64,000 bases of DNA from Acidimicrobiia bacterium (GCA_021296315.1 JAGWAO010000023.1:19855-83854), one strand, 5' to 3'. Counted from the stretch's first letter, positions 41,303-50,388 are shown. Program-made: numbers and translations. Notes: generated by a model not told the origin, from the letters alone.

Positions 41303-42676
41303 ATGGCCGAACATCCCTCCGACGCTGCAGACTCCCGGTGCGACCTGCTCCTCAGCGGTGGCGCGGTCATCACGATGGACGACGAGCGCCGGATCCTCGA
41401 ACCGGGGGCGGTGGCGATCACCGGGGACCGCATCAGCGCGGTCGGGTCACCCGCGGACCTGGGCCGCCTGGACGCGGCCCGCACCGTCGACTGCCGGGGA
41501 TCGGCGGTGATCCCCGGGTTCGTGTCCGCTCACGACCACCTGTTCCAGAACGCGGCCCGCGGTCTTGGCGAGGGAGTGGACTTCCGGGTCTGGCTGCCGG
41601 ACTTCATGTTCCCCCTGGCCCTCAACATGGCCCGAGACGAGGCGGTCGCAGCCGTCACCATGACCATCGTTGAGCAGGTGCGAACCGGCACCACCGCGGT
41701 GCTGGACCATCACTATGCAGGCACCGACATCGAGACCACCCTGGCGGTGGCCGAAGCGGTCGAGCGGGTCGGCATGCGAGGCGCCATCGGCCGGGGCTTA
41801 GGCCGTGAGCAGCCCTGCCCCGAATCGGAGCAGCTCGACATGATGGCCGCCGCCATCGACGCCCGGCCGGCCGGCAGCAAGGTCGAGATCTGGCCCGCGC
41901 CGGGCGACATCATCTACAACGACCAGGACTTCGTGGCCGCCTCGGTGCAGTTGGCCCGGGACAAAGGCGTCGGCTGGCACACGCATTGCTCCCAGTACAA
42001 GACCGATCCCGACGTGTACCTGGCCGAGCACGGCATCCGCCCGGTTCTGTGGCTCCACGAAGCGGGGCTGCTGGGGCCCGACGGTCACTTCGCCCACATG
42101 ATCTTTCTCGACGACGAGGAGGTGGACAGGGCAGGGGAAAGCAATGCCGCCATCGCCTACTGCCCGATCTCCCACGGCGTCTTCGGGCTGGGGACCATGC
42201 GGCTGGCCGAGCTGCGGGCCGCGGGGGCGATCATCGGGCTCGGATACGACGGTGCGGTGGCCGGGTTCCGCAACGACATGTTCGAGCAGATGAAGATGGC
42301 GGTGATGATCCAGCGGCTCCAGGCCATGGACCCCACGCTGTCGGGCCCGGCCGAGGCTCTGGAATTGGCCACCCGGGAAGGCGCACGCTTCCTGGGAATC
42401 GACGCGGGGATTCTGGCACCCGGCAAGCTCGCCGACATCGCGGTGGTGAGCCTGCAGGGCGCTCACATGGTTCCGCGCCCCGGTCCCGTAGCCGCCGTCG
42501 CCTACACGGCCCGCAGCTCTGACGTTCAGATGACGATCGTCGGCGGCGAGGCAATATTCGAGAACGGTGCCTGCACCCGTGTCGATCAAGCCGAGGTGAT
42601 GGCCGAAGCCGCCGCCAGCACCGAGCGCCTGCTCAGCCGCCTCGATCTGGACCTCGGCACCCTGCGGCGAGCCTGA
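41303..42676 (+). CDS. Amidohydrolase (TRZ/ATZ, aminodeaminase-like)
   Basis: From ATG 41303: DLLLSGGAVITMD...IPGFVSAHDHL (metal HxH site)...HTHCSQ...GLGYDG. The upstream part of the listed 941-aa ORF is antisense to the sulfatase gene. Confidence 0.8.
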   Translation: MAEHPSDAADSRCDLLLSGGAVITMDDERRILEPGAVAITGDRISAVGSPADLGRLDAARTVDCRGSAVIPGFVSAHDHLFQNAARGLGEGVDFRVWLPDFMFPLALNMARDEAVAAVTMTIVEQVRTGTTAVLDHHYAGTDIETTLAVAEAVERVGMRGAIGRGLGREQPCPESEQLDMMAAAIDARPAGSKVEIWPAPGDIIYNDQDFVAASVQLARDKGVGWHTHCSQYKTDPDVYLAEHGIRPVLWLHEAGLLGPDGHFAHMIFLDDEEVDRAGESNAAIAYCPISHGVFGLGTMRLAELRAAGAIIGLGYDGAVAGFRNDMFEQMKMAVMIQRLQAMDPTLSGPAEALELATREGARFLGIDAGILAPGKLADIAVVSLQGAHMVPRPGPVAAVAYTARSSDVQMTIVGGEAIFENGACTRVDQAEVMAEAAASTERLLSRLDLDLGTLRRA

Positions 42677-42753
42677 CCCTTGGGGTTGGTCGGCGCTCGA
42701 GATCGCCGAGATCCCGATACCTCGGTGCGGCTCGTCCTACACGGCCTGAGGGC

Positions 42754-43020
42754 CTATCTCGCCCCTTCAACCAGTAGCCGCTCGCGCAGCTCGACCAGGC
42801 CGGTCCGGGCTTGCTTGGCGTACTGGGTTAGCCGCATCGTGCCGTGCGAGGGCACGCCATACAGGTCGGCGCCCACGAGATTCTCCGCAATCTCGGCCGC
42901 GATGTCACCGTCGCAGCCGACGCGGGTCATCACATCGGCCGCGAACTCGGTCAGCTCTCCGGCACTGACGACATGCACGGGCTCGCCGCCCGTCGCAGGC
43001 CGCGCTAGTTCTCCTGCCAC
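42754..43020 (-). pseudogene. N-terminal fragment of an Ldh_2-family (malate/L-lactate dehydrogenase type 2) oxidoreductase
   Basis: The 88-aa ORF with AEIAENLVGADLYGVPSHGTMRLTQYAKQARTG matches only the first ~70 residues of ~350-aa family members. Confidence 0.6.
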
Positions 43021-43109
43021 TCGGCTCCCTTACCTAGGGTAGGTGTGTCGGTTCCCATGGTGCTGACGTGCCGGCCGCCCGATCGCCCCGGCTCGACTGA
43101 CAAGCCCGG

Positions 43110-43415
43110 CTAGAAGTCGAATCCGTTGGCCGCCACCGGAGTGGTCATGGCCATGTCGGGCGGGCCGTCCAGCAGGGCCATCATGGCCGGCATGGCGGCC
43201 TGCATGGCCTCGTTGTTGGCGTGCTGCTGGGCGGCTTCCATGCTCGACATGAGCGCGAAGAACCAGTAGGTGCCGTCGTCGCCCCGGTGGTAGGAGTACG
43301 ACTCGACGCCGTCCACCGACTCGCTGGCTGCGACCACGGCCCGCAGCGCCTCGTCCATCTCGGAGCCCTTGCCCTCTTTGCAGGAGAACTTGGCGAACAC
43401 TGAGACCTTCGACAT
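43110..43415 (-). CDS. Antibiotic-biosynthesis-monooxygenase (ABM) domain protein
   Basis: From ATG 43415: MSKVSVFAKFSCKEGKGSEMDEALRAVV...YSYHRGDDGTYWFFALM (101 aa, ferredoxin-like ABM pattern). Confidence 0.65.
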   Translation of the reverse strand: MSKVSVFAKFSCKEGKGSEMDEALRAVVAASESVDGVESYSYHRGDDGTYWFFALMSSMEAAQQHANNEAMQAAMPAMMALLDGPPDMAMTTPVAANGFDF

Positions 43416-43532
43416 GTTCCTCGCCCTTTCGCGCGGTAGTGGGACAACGGCACGGGGCTCGCCCCCGGACCGCTCCGAGACGCTACCGGGCCGCATGGCT
43501 AGAGTCGTCCGCCCGAGCCCGAAGGGAGCATC

Positions 43533-44057
43533 GTGGGAGAGAACCTGCGCTCGCGCATCGAGATGACAGACGAGGAGCTCGCCCGGTTCATCGACCAGTC
43601 GCGCACCTGCACCATGGCCACCGTCGGCCCCGCAGGGATGCCCCACCTCGTAGCCATGTGGTACGCCTGGCTCAACGGCCAGGTGTGGCTGGAGTCGAAG
43701 GCAAAGGCCCAGAAGATCATCAACCTGCGCCGCGACGACCGGCTGTCGGTGATGATCGAGGCCGGCAACACCTACGACACCCTGCGAGGGGTGTCGCTGG
43801 AGGGTCGCGGCGTGATCGTCACCGGTCCCGAGGAGATCTGGCGGGTCGGGGTCAACGTCTGGGAGCGCTACACCGCTCCCTACTCCGAGGAAGTGCGGCC
43901 CCTGGTAGAGGCGATGCTGCGCAAGCGGGTGGCGGTGCGCCTCGACGTGGAACGGGTCCGCAGCTGGGACCACCGCAAGCTCGGGCTCGGCACCATCGAG
44001 GCGGGCGGCACCACCGGACCGCACCTCGACGGCCCCGGACTGCCGGGCCCCGGCTGA
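43533..44057 (+). CDS. PPOX-class (pyridoxamine 5'-phosphate oxidase-like) probable F420-dependent enzyme
   Basis: SRTCTMATVGPAGMPHLVAMWY...NLRRDDRLSVMIE pattern. 174 aa. Confidence 0.7.
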   Translation: MGENLRSRIEMTDEELARFIDQSRTCTMATVGPAGMPHLVAMWYAWLNGQVWLESKAKAQKIINLRRDDRLSVMIEAGNTYDTLRGVSLEGRGVIVTGPEEIWRVGVNVWERYTAPYSEEVRPLVEAMLRKRVAVRLDVERVRSWDHRKLGLGTIEAGGTTGPHLDGPGLPGPG

Positions 44058-44091
44058 GCAACGTCTCCATCGGAGCGCTAGGAACGCTGGC

Positions 44092-44514
44092 ATGGAACTA
44101 GCAGAGGCAATCACCTGGGCAGCCGAGCGTATGCTCGGGGTGCTCATCACCATCCGGTCCGACGGCCGCCCCCAGTCATCCGACATCGTCTACTGCGTCG
44201 ACGGTGGCGTGTTCTCGATCTCAGTTACCGCTGGCCGGGCCAAGACCGCCAATCTGCGACGGGACCCCAGAGCAGTGCTGCACATCTCGGACGAGAAGGC
44301 CTGGTCGTACGTGTCCCTCGACGGCACGGTCGAGTTGTTGCCGGTCACGACCAGCGCCGACGACGCCACCAGCGACGCCCTCGTCGACTACTACGAACGG
44401 GTGACGGGCGACCCGCATCCCGACTGGCAGGAATTCCGCCGGGCGATGATCGAAGAGCGCCGCCACATCGCCCGCTTCACACCGACCAGCGCCGCCGGCC
44501 AGATCCACGGTTAG
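44092..44514 (+). CDS. PPOX-class probable F420-dependent enzyme (Rv1155-like)
   Basis: GVLITIRSDGRPQSSDIVY...KTANLRRDPRAVLHI pattern. 140 aa. Confidence 0.7.
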   Translation: MELAEAITWAAERMLGVLITIRSDGRPQSSDIVYCVDGGVFSISVTAGRAKTANLRRDPRAVLHISDEKAWSYVSLDGTVELLPVTTSADDATSDALVDYYERVTGDPHPDWQEFRRAMIEERRHIARFTPTSAAGQIHG

Positions 44515-44521
44515 TAAGGTC

Positions 44522-45310
44522 ATGGAAGCAGCGGACACGCCGCGAGCCGAGGACATCTTCTCGCTCGACGGCAGAGTCGCCATAGTGACCGGGGCCAGCG
44601 GGACGCTGGGAGAGCGCTACTGCCGGGTGCTGGCCGGCCGGGGAGCGACCGTCGTCGCGGCGGCCCGCAGGCTGGACCGGCTGGAAGCCTTGGCGGGGGA
44701 GGTGCCCGGGGTGATGCCGGTGGGCTGCGACGTCACCGACGACTCGCAACTGCGGCGGCTGGTCGAGGTGGCAGCCGAGCATGGCGGTCCCGACATCGTG
44801 GTCAACAACGCGGGAACCAGCGACGCGGTGATCCGGGCCCACGAGCAGGACCCCGACCATTTCCGGCGAGTGCTGGACATCAACCTCACGGCCGCGTTCG
44901 TGCTGTCGGCGGCCGCGGCCCGGTGGATGATCGAGCACGGCCGGCGCGGCAACATCGTCAACGTGGCGTCGATGCTGGGGATCGTCGCCTCCGGCGGCAA
45001 CCACCAGGCCGGCTACGTGGCCTCCAAGAGCGGCCTGATCGGCCTCACACGGGAGCTGGCCAAGCAGTGGGCCCCGGAGGGCATCAGGGTCAACGCCATC
45101 GCTCCGGGCTACTTCCGCAGCGGGCTAACCGAGGAGATGTTCGCAGGCGACGACGCTCCCGGCCTCCGCCACATCGAGCGCAACACCCTCATGAGGCGAG
45201 CCGGCGAGATCGACGAGTTCGACGGAGCGTTGCTGCTGCTCGCCTCCGACGCGGGCAGCTACATCACCGGCCAGACGATCCTAATCGACGGGGGCTGGAC
45301 CGCCCGCTAG
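44522..45310 (+). CDS. SDR-family oxidoreductase
   Basis: VTGASGTLG, NNAG and YVASKSG (YxxxK) motifs. 262 aa. Confidence 0.85.
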   Translation: MEAADTPRAEDIFSLDGRVAIVTGASGTLGERYCRVLAGRGATVVAAARRLDRLEALAGEVPGVMPVGCDVTDDSQLRRLVEVAAEHGGPDIVVNNAGTSDAVIRAHEQDPDHFRRVLDINLTAAFVLSAAAARWMIEHGRRGNIVNVASMLGIVASGGNHQAGYVASKSGLIGLTRELAKQWAPEGIRVNAIAPGYFRSGLTEEMFAGDDAPGLRHIERNTLMRRAGEIDEFDGALLLLASDAGSYITGQTILIDGGWTAR

Positions 45311-45315
45311 CCGAA

Positions 45316-45358
45316 CTTGACGTAGTTGTACCGCTCTGAGGCGCTCAACTACGTCAAG
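45316..45358. repeat. REP-like hairpin, TTGAYGTAGTTG family, between convergent genes
   Basis: CTTGACGTAGTTG, a 17-nt loop, then CAACTACGTCAAG. The 13-bp stem is perfect. Confidence 0.75.
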
Positions 45359-45387
45359 AACGGCGAGGACGGACGGCTCACCGCCGG

Positions 45388-46558
45388 CTAGACCGCGCCG
45401 GCCCGGCGGTAGGCGTCGAGCAGCAGGCCGTGGAAGTGGTGGACGCCGTGCTCGGAGAGGCCCGAGCCGCCCGGGTCGCACACGATGCGGCCCTGGGTGA
45501 ACGCCGGCGTGCGCATGCCCCGCTGCACGCTCTCCACGATGGCGATGTCCTCGGGCTGGAGGACCTCGTCCATGTAGCGGATCGACTCCTCGTCGGCTTC
45601 GGTCAGCTCTCCGGTATCGAGGTAGAAGTCGAGGGTCTCCAGCGTGCGCTCCGGTCCGGCGGGCACCATCTGCATCACGCTGAAGTTGCCCCGGCCCGGA
45701 TAGCGCATCAGGCAGGTGTTGGGCCACAGCCACCACACCGCCAGGTCCTTCACGCTGGATCCGGACACGTCGTAGGCGGCGTTGGCCGAGTACCCGGCCC
45801 GGGCCATCTGGCTCGAGTAGATGCCGTGGGTGGTCACCACGTAGGTGTCCATCTCGACCAGCGTCACGAAGTCGGGATGGGCTACGTGGCAGTGGTAGCA
45901 CTCCAGGAAGTTGTCGACCACGTTCTTCCAGTTGGAGGCGATGTCGTAGTGGATGCTCCTCCACGTCGGGGGCGCAGCGGGCGATCTCGTCGCCCAGGCC
46001 CCCGGACTGCTCGGCCAGGGAGTCAGCCGCGGGGTCGAGGTTGACGTACACGAAGCCGCCGAACTCGGCGGCCTGGACCTCGCTGAGGCAGATGCTCGAG
46101 GCATCGAACCCGGCCACGTCCGCGGTGCGGCGGGCCTGGGCGAGCCGGCCGGTCAGTTCGTAGGTCCAGCCGTGGTAGGGGCAGACGATGCTGTCGGTGC
46201 GGCCCGACCCCGACAGCAGCTCATGGGCCCGGTGCTGGCACACGTTGTAGAACGCCCGCAGCTCGCCGTCGCGGCCTCGGACCAGCGCGACCGGCATGCC
46301 CGCCACCTCAAGGGCCAGGTACGACCCGGACTCGCGGAGCGACTCGACATGGCACACCCACTGCCACGTCCGGGCGAATATCTCCCGCCGCTCGATCTCG
46401 AGCCAGCGAGGCTCGATGTAGGCGTCGGCATGCAGGGACAGTGACAGGGTCGGATCGGGGTCATATCCCGTAGCGATTCCAGCGGTGGTCGCGCTGTCGC
46501 CATTCGAGAATGCGTCAGACTCGGATGCTCGGGTGTCGGTGCTCGTCAAGGGCCCCAA
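45388..46558 (-). pseudogene. Rieske-type ring-hydroxylating oxygenase alpha subunit with a frameshift near 45955-45975
   Basis: The N-part (CQHRAHEL...CPYHGW Rieske site) is in one frame up to ...GDEIARCAPDVEE. The catalytic domain (SIHYDIASNWKNVVDNFLECYHCHVAHPDF...) is in another frame (ORF 45388..46104). The span is 1171 nt (3n+1), and a C5 run lies at the junction. Confidence 0.8.
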
Positions 46559-46616
46559 TCTAGACGCAGGCAGTTAGCGTGCGGGCCGGACACAACACCG
46601 GACACGAGGCTCGGAC

Positions 46617-47897
46617 TTGAAGAATCCCGTGACGTCCGTCTGTCGAAGTCTCAGAGCAGCGGCCGTGGTTCTGATGCTGCTGGCGGCTGCCTGCGGCCGC
46701 GACGACGGCCCGGCAACCGCAACCCCCGAAGCGGCCGACGCGGCCGAGACGCAGGCCGGCCAAGAGATGGGCGATATGGGCGACACTGGCCAGGACGCCA
46801 GCGGCCATCACGACCATGGCACCTCTGTCGAGGTGGCCGAGGGCGTGCCGGTGCCGACTATCGCCATCGAAGTCACCGAGGACCCGGTGGAGGGATGGAA
46901 CCTCCGGATCCTCACCACGGACTTCCGGATCGTGCCCGAGAACGTCTCCACATCCCACGTCGACGGCGAGGGCCACATGCACCTCTACATCGACGGGGAG
47001 AAGGTGTCGAGGCTCTACGGCGAATGGCACCACATCGGTGCGCTGGCCCCCGGCGAACACGAGGTGCGGGTCGAGCTGTCGGCCAACGACCACTCGGCAC
47101 TGGCCGTCGACGGCAACATCATCGACGCCACGACCGTCATCGTCGCGGATGAGATGAGCGGCCGCGCCACAGGCCACAGTCACGCCGGGGCCAGGGAGGC
47201 GCAACGGCCGTACCCGTCGGTGAGCGTGGAGCTGGTGGACGACCTGGCCGGCGGCTGGATCCTCCACGCGGTGCCCTCCAACTTCCGCCTCGCCCCCGGA
47301 AACGCCTCCAGCGGTCACGTCGACGGCGAGGGCCACATGCACCTGTACGTCAACGGCGACAAGGTGGCCCGGGTCTACGAGACCTGGTACCAGATGCCGC
47401 CACTGCCGGCCGGGACCCATGAGATCAAGGTGGCCCTGCAGACCAACGACCACGCCCCGCTCACGGCGGACGGCATCAAGGTCGCGGGGACCATAACTCT
47501 GGAAGTGTCCGAGGATGAGGCCACCATGCCGGCCGGCAGCGAGCACGGCACCGACACCAGCGACGATCTCAGCGAAGAGGCCGGCCATGCGATGGCGGGC
47601 ACGCCGACCCAGTACGACGCGGACACCTCAGACGCGGCTCAGACCATCACGGTGGAAGTGGTCGACGGCGGGCCGGTGGGCGGCGTCCAGCGGGTAGCGG
47701 TCGATCTCGGCTCGGTGGTGGCGCTGATGGTGACCTCCGACGTCTCCGAGGAAGTGCACGTCCACGGCTACGACATCCTGCGAGCCATGTCCTCCGGGCA
47801 TCCCGCCCATTTCGCCTTCACTGCGGAGATCCCGGGCGTGTTCGAGGTGGAATTCGAGGGCTCGGGCCGCCTGCTGTTGCTGCTCGAGGTCTCCTGA
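46617..47897 (+). CDS. His-rich secreted/lipoprotein with an internally duplicated domain and a cupredoxin-like C-terminal domain
   Basis: Signal peptide with a Cys (VVLMLLAAAC). Two ~110-aa repeats each contain HVDGEGHMHLY(I/V)(D/N)G. The C-terminal beta-rich domain has HVHGYD. Confidence 0.6.
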   Translation: MKNPVTSVCRSLRAAAVVLMLLAAACGRDDGPATATPEAADAAETQAGQEMGDMGDTGQDASGHHDHGTSVEVAEGVPVPTIAIEVTEDPVEGWNLRILTTDFRIVPENVSTSHVDGEGHMHLYIDGEKVSRLYGEWHHIGALAPGEHEVRVELSANDHSALAVDGNIIDATTVIVADEMSGRATGHSHAGAREAQRPYPSVSVELVDDLAGGWILHAVPSNFRLAPGNASSGHVDGEGHMHLYVNGDKVARVYETWYQMPPLPAGTHEIKVALQTNDHAPLTADGIKVAGTITLEVSEDEATMPAGSEHGTDTSDDLSEEAGHAMAGTPTQYDADTSDAAQTITVEVVDGGPVGGVQRVAVDLGSVVALMVTSDVSEEVHVHGYDILRAMSSGHPAHFAFTAEIPGVFEVEFEGSGRLLLLLEVS

Positions 47898-47933
47898 CCG
47901 GCCGCGCAACTCCTCACCGCTGACGGCCCTCGC

Positions 47934-47981
47934 CGAATTGGCAGCGTGTAGCGCCGAAACGGGACCCGTCAGCTGCCAATT
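47934..47981. repeat. REP-like hairpin, GAAYTGGCAGC family, copy 1
   Basis: GAATTGGCAGC, a 26-nt loop, then GCTGCCAATTC. The 11-bp stem is perfect. Confidence 0.7.
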
Positions 47982-48039
47982 CACTCCTCGCGGTCATCTG
48001 CTCGGGGCAAGTGATCGAAGCGCACTAGCGTCAAGAGCC

Positions 48040-49764
48040 ATGTTCGACCTGCTCATCGCCGGCGGCGATGTGATCGACGGCCGGGGCGGGCCCCGGCGCC
48101 GGGCCGACATCGGCATCGCCGGGGACCGGATCTCGGCCATCGGCAGCCTGGTCGACGGGGGAGCGGAAGCCGCGGCCACCATCGACGCCGCCGGGCTGGT
48201 GGTGACGCCCGGGTTCATCGACGTGCACACCCATCTCGACGCCCAGGTGTTCTGGGACCCGAACCTGTCACCGTCACCGCTTCACGGTGTGACCACCGTC
48301 ATCGGCGGCAACTGCGGGTTCACCATCGCCCCTCTGGGGGACGACCCAGCCCACGGCGACTACCTGATGCGGATGCTGGCCCGGGTGGAGGGCATCCCCC
48401 TGGAGGCGCTTCAGCAGGGCGTGCCCTGGAGTTGGAAGACCACCGCTGAGTACTTCGACGCCATCGACGGCAACGTGGCCGTCAACGCTGGCTTCAAGGT
48501 CGGCCACTCCGCCTTGCGCCGGGTGGTGATGGGCGACGACAGCGTGCGCCGGACCAGCACCGGCAACGAGCTAGAGGCGATGAAGGCGCTGCTGCGCGAC
48601 GGTCTGGAGGCCGGGGCGCTGGGCTTTTCGTCGTCGTGGTCGCGCACCCACAACGACCCCATGGGCAACATGGTGCCCAGCCGCTGCGCGGAGCGCGACG
48701 AGCTAGTGGCGCTGTGCTCGGTGCTGGCCGACTTCGACGGGACGTCGGTCGAATTCATCCCGGCGCTGGGGCCGTTCGAGGACTGGGCCGTGGAGCTGAT
48801 GACCGACATGTCGACCGCGGCCCGCAGCCCGCTCAACTGGAACGTCATGACGGTCACGGCCCGGTCCATGGAGATGAACCGGGCCAAGCTGACCGCTGGC
48901 GACTTCGCCGCGGCCCGAGGGGGCAAGGTGGTGGCCCTGACCGTGCCGCTGATGCTGTCGCTGCACCTGAACTTCAACAGCGGGTTCGTGCTCGACGCCC
49001 TGCCGGGCTGGGAGGAGGTGATGCTGCTGCCCAAGGAGGACAAGCGCCGCGTCCTGGCCGACCCGGCCGAGCGGCGCCGGCTGAACGAGCTGGCCCAGGG
49101 CGACCATCCGCTGCGGGGGCTGGCCCATTGGGCGCGCAAGGTGGTGTTCCACTCACCCGCTCCCGAGAACAAGGGCTGCGCGGGCCGCACGGTGGGGGAG
49201 ATCGCGGAGGAGCGGGGCCAGGATCCCTGGGACGCACTGTGCGACATGGCCCTGGCCGACGATCTGGAAACGTCGTTCGGCAATCCGGCCCTGCCCGAGC
49301 CGACCGCCGACTGGGAGGCCAGGGTCGAGATCTGGCGCGACCCGCGCGCTGTGATCGGCGCGTCCGATGCCGGTGCGCACCTCGATCTCTTCTTGACCGC
49401 CAACTACGCCACCACCATGCTGAACGAGGCTGTCGTGAAGCGGGGGCTCATCTCCCTGGAGGAGGCCGTGCACCTGCTCACCGAGGTGCAAGCCGACCTG
49501 TACGGCCTGGTCGACAGGGGAGTGCTGGCCGAGGGCGCCTACGCCGATGTTGTGGTGCTGGACGAGGTCACCATCGGCTCAGGGCCAACGACGTTCCGCT
49601 CCGATCTGCCGGCGGGAGCCTCCCGCCTCTATGCCGAAGCCACGGGCATCGAACACGTGATCTGCAACGGCGCTGAGATCGTGCGCAGTGGCCGGTTCAC
49701 TGGCGCCCGGCCCGGCACGCTGCTGCGCTCGGGCACCCACACCGCCGGCCCCAGCCTCGACTAG
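48040..49764 (+). CDS. N-acyl-D-amino-acid deacylase (D-aminoacylase) family amidohydrolase
   Basis: From ATG 48040: MFDLLIAGGDVIDGRG...TPGFIDVHTHLD...VIGGNCG. 574 aa. Confidence 0.8.
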   Translation: MFDLLIAGGDVIDGRGGPRRRADIGIAGDRISAIGSLVDGGAEAAATIDAAGLVVTPGFIDVHTHLDAQVFWDPNLSPSPLHGVTTVIGGNCGFTIAPLGDDPAHGDYLMRMLARVEGIPLEALQQGVPWSWKTTAEYFDAIDGNVAVNAGFKVGHSALRRVVMGDDSVRRTSTGNELEAMKALLRDGLEAGALGFSSSWSRTHNDPMGNMVPSRCAERDELVALCSVLADFDGTSVEFIPALGPFEDWAVELMTDMSTAARSPLNWNVMTVTARSMEMNRAKLTAGDFAAARGGKVVALTVPLMLSLHLNFNSGFVLDALPGWEEVMLLPKEDKRRVLADPAERRRLNELAQGDHPLRGLAHWARKVVFHSPAPENKGCAGRTVGEIAEERGQDPWDALCDMALADDLETSFGNPALPEPTADWEARVEIWRDPRAVIGASDAGAHLDLFLTANYATTMLNEAVVKRGLISLEEAVHLLTEVQADLYGLVDRGVLAEGAYADVVVLDEVTIGSGPTTFRSDLPAGASRLYAEATGIEHVICNGAEIVRSGRFTGARPGTLLRSGTHTAGPSLD

Positions 49765-49891
49765 TGGGCTGTCCACCAACGTTCGTCGGGGTCGTGTCGG
49801 GAATCTCGGTGCGAGTTTCCTGGATATGCCACACATTTTTCTCCCGAGTTCAGTAGGAGCCGCGCGCGCCAAGGTTCGTGGACGCCCACTA
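49761..49891. mobile_element. 131-bp element bounded by ~25-bp terminal inverted repeats and CTAG at both ends (MITE-like)
   Basis: The left end is CTAGTGGGCTGTCCACCAACGTTCG. The reverse complement of the right end is CTAGTGGGC-GTCCACGAACCTTGGCG (21 of 25 positions match). The centre is AT-richer. The left CTAG contains the aminoacylase stop codon. Confidence 0.55.
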
Positions 49892-49935
49892 GCTCGGGCC
49901 GAGCCCCGCAAGTTGCTCTCGGGTCGGGTGACTTC

Positions 49936-50340
49936 TCAGGCCGGGTCGGGCATCTCGGCGGTGCCGTAGCCCGAGTCGACCACTCCCTCGGTGAAGAACG
50001 CCTCCCACATGACGCCGTCGGGGTCGGCGACCCACGACTTGTGCTGGAGCTGGTAGCCGCACACCAGATCGTCCTGGTCGGCGCGGGCCATGCCCTCGTT
50101 GTCGATGTGCTCCCGGAGCTGCTCGAGTTCGGGGTGAGATTCGACCTGGATGCCGTAGTGGGCCGAGCCCGGAAACCCGCAGCCGTGGGTGTCGAGTGAG
50201 AAGTTCACCCGCGGGTCGTCCAGCATCCACTTGGCGTAGTCGGGGCGCCGCAAGGTGGGCTCCACGCCGAACAGCCGGCTGTAGAACTCGATCGACTCTT
50301 CCAGGTCGTCGACCTGCAATCCGATGTGCATCCGCCGCAT
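49936..50340 (-). CDS. VOC-superfamily metalloenzyme (ArsI/CadI-like glyoxalase fold)
   Basis: MHIGLQVDDLEESIEFYSRLFGVEPTLRRPDYAKWMLDDPRVNFSL is a family-typical N-terminus. 134 aa. Confidence 0.75.
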   Translation of the reverse strand: MRRMHIGLQVDDLEESIEFYSRLFGVEPTLRRPDYAKWMLDDPRVNFSLDTHGCGFPGSAHYGIQVESHPELEQLREHIDNEGMARADQDDLVCGYQLQHKSWVADPDGVMWEAFFTEGVVDSGYGTAEMPDPA

Positions 50341-50388
50341 AACTCGTCACCTGCCTCCAGTAGGCCTTTCGTGAACAGTAGCGGCCGA

